From a virus: 51,627 bases of DNA. The stretch lies in the IMG/VR virus record IMGVR_UViG_3300031994_000147; one strand, given 5' to 3'. This document shows, piece after piece, positions 48,485-51,627 of the stretch (position 1 is its first letter; every line of letters starts with the position of its first letter). The notes under the pieces were generated by a model. The model searched no databases. It was not told the origin of the DNA and worked only from the letters and a program-made list of their open reading frames with translations. A program made the translations under genes and the position numbers.

Positions 48485-50746
48485 ATGGCTAACTCTGTAT
48501 CACGCTATACAGGCATAGACCCGAACGGTGATACAAGTGTTATGGCTGCTCTCGAAGTTGTCTCGGCGGGGCTCTTTGCCCTTGCCGGGATAGCGCGAGA
48601 GTGCAGTTATACGTTAAGGCTCTGGATAAAGGCTAGTTCCGCAAGGACTGTAACTGCTTATGTAGGCTCTACACCCTTCGCGCTTTCCGTCACTTCGGAG
48701 TGGAATGTATATACCTGCACATCTTCGGCAGAAGCTAACAGCTCATGTGACTTGTACTTACCCGCGGGAACATACTACATCTGGCACCCGATGCTTGAAT
48801 CATCAACGAAAGCATCTGATTATAGACAAGCTCCTGAGGACGTTCAGGAGAACATCAATGCTGTGGCAGATACAGCGGCAGCGGCTGCAGCGGCTTACAC
48901 GGATATGCGGCTCGTTGAGTTCGTAACCACAGAACAGCTTGACACAGCTATCAGGCAGACACAGGAAGAGATATCTCTTTCAGTTACAGCACAGACCACA
49001 CGTGCTATGACATATGCTCAGGGTCAGGCAGCGGCGGCGTATAATGCGGCTAACACGCAGACGGACAACAAGCTGAGGAACTACGTCACATCAACCCGAC
49101 ACACGTCAGACCTGCAGCTCCTTTCTGACCGGATAACTTCTGCGGTATCAGCTACGGAAACGCTTGCAGAGTATGTAGACGGTGACTTCTATGAGCAGGT
49201 CACGAGCGAGTATACTACGCTTGTTACGCAGACAGCTAGCGGCATTGAATCGAGAGTGCAGCAGACCTACGCTACACAGACCACAGTTAACGGCATAGCA
49301 AGCCGAGTAACAACAGCAGAATCGAAGATAACGCAGCAGGCGAACAGGATAACATCTATCGTATCTGAGCTCACAACAGCTGAATCGCAGATATCACAGC
49401 AGGCTAACCAGATAACCACGTTAGTCAGCACTGTGAACGGTCAGCAGACGGCAATAACACAGAATGCTAGCAATATCAATCTATGTGTTAAGAGTGCTAA
49501 TCTGGTGTCCGAGATCAACGCGAGCACAGGTCAGATAAAGATGACCTCGAACAGATTTGTTGTGGACAGCACGTACTTCAAGCTTTCCGCGAACGGTACC
49601 GTAACCGCATCAAACCTTACTCTGACAGGTGGCTCTATCAAATCATCGAACTATGCTACGTCAGGCGGTAGTGTTACGGCGGGCACGTACATCAACCTCT
49701 CCACAGGCTCTATATCAGCTAAGAACTTCTCTGTATCGAGCTCCGGTACAATGTCAGCAACGAATGCAACTCTGACAGGTACGTTCGAGACCGGAGCGGA
49801 CGAGCAAGGTTGTAAAATTAAGGTGATGGACGGTAAGGTGCACGCATACCTTAACAATAACCGTGTCGGCGGTCTGGGCGCTGCGGTCAGCAGTTCGGAC
49901 CCGACTAAGGCACAGTATGCTCTACTTGGCTCCACGAACTTCCAGGGCGTTATGATAGGTACCCTATACAATCACGAAGTAACTCCGTACTACCGTATGA
50001 ATTACAGTGACTACTATACAAGCTATGGCTGCCGTCACTGGTTCTCGGGTGACTTGAAGTTCGTCAACGGTAAGGTGAAATCCAACTTTGAATTCACTGA
50101 CGGCTACGGTATAAGCTACGGCGGTAACGTAGCATTCCGCTTCGTCAACGGCTCAGGTGTGAATGTTGGTATAACAGGCACTAACGCCTGCACCACATAC
50201 ATCAAAGGCTCGGAGATAAGATTTGCGGCTAAGATCGCATCATCAATACAGTTTGCTGATAATACAGGCATATCCTACGGCGGTAACTGGGCTTTCCTTT
50301 ACGATAATACCGTATCAAACCCCGGTGTCTTTGTCGGTATCGGCGGACAGTACGCTTGCCCAACATATATCAGAGGTTCAGAAATATATCTGAGAGCAAG
50401 AGCATACACATCCGGTAACGATGTCGTAACATCGGACCGCAGAAAGAAAAAGAACATCGTAGACTTAGACGACAGATACACGGCTCTGCTTGATAATCTC
50501 TCAGCTACTACGTTCCAATATAAAGAATCCTACCCAGACCAGACCATGTGCGGCTTTATTGCTCAGGACGTTAAGGCGGCTATGGAGAAAGTCGGGCTCT
50601 CGGAGAAGGACTTCGGAGGATATCACGATCACTACGGTGACGGAAAAGACCTCTATCTCGATTACACACAGTTCATACCCATACTTTGGGAAATAGTCAA
50701 GAAGCAGCAGAAGGAACTTGACGAAATCAGGAGGAAATCAATATGA
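48485..50746 (+). CDS. Tail fibre with C-terminal S74 intramolecular-chaperone autoproteolytic domain, 753 aa
   Basis: The C-terminal SDRRKKKNI...FQYK...GFIAQDV...LDYTQFIPILW pattern is typical of Peptidase_S74. Upstream there are fibre heptad-like repeats. Confidence 0.8.
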   Translation: MANSVSRYTGIDPNGDTSVMAALEVVSAGLFALAGIARECSYTLRLWIKASSARTVTAYVGSTPFALSVTSEWNVYTCTSSAEANSSCDLYLPAGTYYIWHPMLESSTKASDYRQAPEDVQENINAVADTAAAAAAAYTDMRLVEFVTTEQLDTAIRQTQEEISLSVTAQTTRAMTYAQGQAAAAYNAANTQTDNKLRNYVTSTRHTSDLQLLSDRITSAVSATETLAEYVDGDFYEQVTSEYTTLVTQTASGIESRVQQTYATQTTVNGIASRVTTAESKITQQANRITSIVSELTTAESQISQQANQITTLVSTVNGQQTAITQNASNINLCVKSANLVSEINASTGQIKMTSNRFVVDSTYFKLSANGTVTASNLTLTGGSIKSSNYATSGGSVTAGTYINLSTGSISAKNFSVSSSGTMSATNATLTGTFETGADEQGCKIKVMDGKVHAYLNNNRVGGLGAAVSSSDPTKAQYALLGSTNFQGVMIGTLYNHEVTPYYRMNYSDYYTSYGCRHWFSGDLKFVNGKVKSNFEFTDGYGISYGGNVAFRFVNGSGVNVGITGTNACTTYIKGSEIRFAAKIASSIQFADNTGISYGGNWAFLYDNTVSNPGVFVGIGGQYACPTYIRGSEIYLRARAYTSGNDVVTSDRRKKKNIVDLDDRYTALLDNLSATTFQYKESYPDQTMCGFIAQDVKAAMEKVGLSEKDFGGYHDHYGDGKDLYLDYTQFIPILWEIVKKQQKELDEIRRKSI

Positions 50747-51105
50747 AAGTAAGACTTGAAAAGATACTCGATGCACAGATAGCTCTTAGTGAGCTTGCAA
50801 GAAAAGACCTCAAGATCGCTACGGCGTACAAGGTAGCTAAGCTTATCAAAGCTGTGGCCGCTGAGGTTGAGTTGTTCAATGAGCAGCGCATCAAGCTCCT
50901 GCAGAGCGTAGGCAGTACACTCAGCGAGGACGGCAAGCAGTATATCATACCGAGTGACAAAAAGGCAGAGTTCGCGCAGCAGTTCAGTGAGCTCGTAGCT
51001 GTCGAGGTAGATGTGCCCGACAGGATAAACATATCGGGCGAGGATATATCCATAGCTCCCGACCTGCTTATGGCAATCGAGGACTTCATAGAAATAGAGG
51101 TGTAA
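50743..51105 (+). CDS. Hypothetical protein, 120 aa
   Basis: RBS CAGGAGGAA. ATGA overlap with the upstream gene. Confidence 0.6.
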   Translation: MKVRLEKILDAQIALSELARKDLKIATAYKVAKLIKAVAAEVELFNEQRIKLLQSVGSTLSEDGKQYIIPSDKKAEFAQQFSELVAVEVDVPDRINISGEDISIAPDLLMAIEDFIEIEV

Positions 51106-51109
51106 GCTA

Positions 51110-51400
51110 ATGGAGATCAGTGTTATCATATCAATCCTCTCACTTGCGGTAGCTGCTATCGTTGGATTCACAAACCTCAAACGTAATCAGACTACGGACA
51201 ACAGGCAGACAGCAGCTGAAATGACTACGGTCATAGTCAAGCTCGAAACGCTGAACACGAACATATCAGAAATGAAAGCAGACGTTAGGCATACCAGAGC
51301 AGACCTGCAGGAGATACGCGACAGACTTATCATGTGCGAGCAGTCCACGAAGTCTGCACATCACAGGCTTGATGCTTTGGAGAACAGCGTAAACCACTAG
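51110..51400 (+). CDS. N-terminally membrane-anchored coiled-coil protein, 96 aa (possible XhlA-like lysis accessory)
   Basis: One TM segment (ISVIISILSLAVAAIVGF) followed by a coiled coil. Lies directly upstream of holin and amidase across the circular junction, as in PBSX-type cassettes. The topology differs from XhlA. Confidence 0.35.
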   Translation: MEISVIISILSLAVAAIVGFTNLKRNQTTDNRQTAAEMTTVIVKLETLNTNISEMKADVRHTRADLQEIRDRLIMCEQSTKSAHHRLDALENSVNH

Positions 51401-51500
51401 GACAACGAGAGCGCGTTTCTGAGGGGCTTATCCTCTGAGGGGTACAACTTCACGAGGTAAGCCCGAGAAGCGGCACAGCGAACGGCTGTGTTTGTCCTAT

Positions 51501-51627
51501 GATAGATTATAGGAGGGGTAGCATGAATAAGAAGAAAATGAGCGAGTGGCTGTACAGAGCCCTCAGGACATTCGGACAGGCGGCAATCGGTTACATCGGT
51601 GCTAACATAGCACTGACAGATACATCA
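51501..51627. repeat. Second copy of the 127-bp terminal overlap (duplicate of the holin 5' end, not a separate gene)
   Basis: Identical to 1-127. Confidence 0.95.

Noticed and set aside
43788-50746. Diversity-generating retroelement acting on the tail fibre genes.
   Set aside because: There is no reverse transcriptase gene anywhere in the genome, and no template/variable repeat pair with adenine-specific differences was seen.

Overview
The window is one complete, circularly closed temperate siphovirus-like dsDNA phage genome. Bases 1-127 repeat exactly at 51501-51627, so the unique length is 51,500 bp. AGGAGG-type ribosome-binding sites and tightly packed genes point to a Gram-positive (Firmicutes-like) host, and the standard genetic code is used. 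Modules in order: (1) a lysis cassette spanning the contig junction (51110-51400, holin 23-217, amidase endolysin 232-1176). (2) An accessory island at the attP-proximal end: leftward gene 1267-1488, iteron-rich repeat A, a small leftward HTH regulator at 1790-2005, and a rightward operon of ten small ORFans at 2181-4837. (3) attP with a tRNA-Ser-like 3' end core (5039-5062) and TGTCCAGT arm repeats. (4) A leftward lysogeny module (tyrosine integrase, lipoprotein, LexA-like CI repressor) and a CI/Cro switch with four TTGC-N5-GCAA operators. (5) A replication module (Cas4-like DUF2800 nuclease, DUF2815 SSB-like protein, family A DNA polymerase, AEP primase-SF3 helicase, VRR-NUC, SNF2 helicase), interrupted by about 8 kb of small genes, two HNH/AP2-type homing-endonuclease-like genes, a MazG-like gene and a possible ThyX-like gene. 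(6) A late module (TerS, TerL, portal, MuF-like protein, tRNA-Ile(UAU), scaffold, capsid, connectors, duplicated tail tube genes, chaperones, 1393-aa tape measure, tail fibres with an S74 chaperone domain). The most unusual, unexplained signals are all non-coding. First, two ~250-bp iteron-rich direct repeats lie 24.1 kb apart (1540-1789 and 25658-25910). Second, a promoter plus double-palindrome operator cassette is duplicated at 2077-2131 and 17070-17124, apparently tied to the small HTH protein and independent of CI/Cro. Third, a consensus late promoter sits in an 18-bp repeat system and is followed by a ~300-nt, highly structured, non-coding leader (27629-28019). The ORFan operon at the prophage end is a candidate anti-defence or moron locus. 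All functional calls come from motif recognition by eye; no searches were run.
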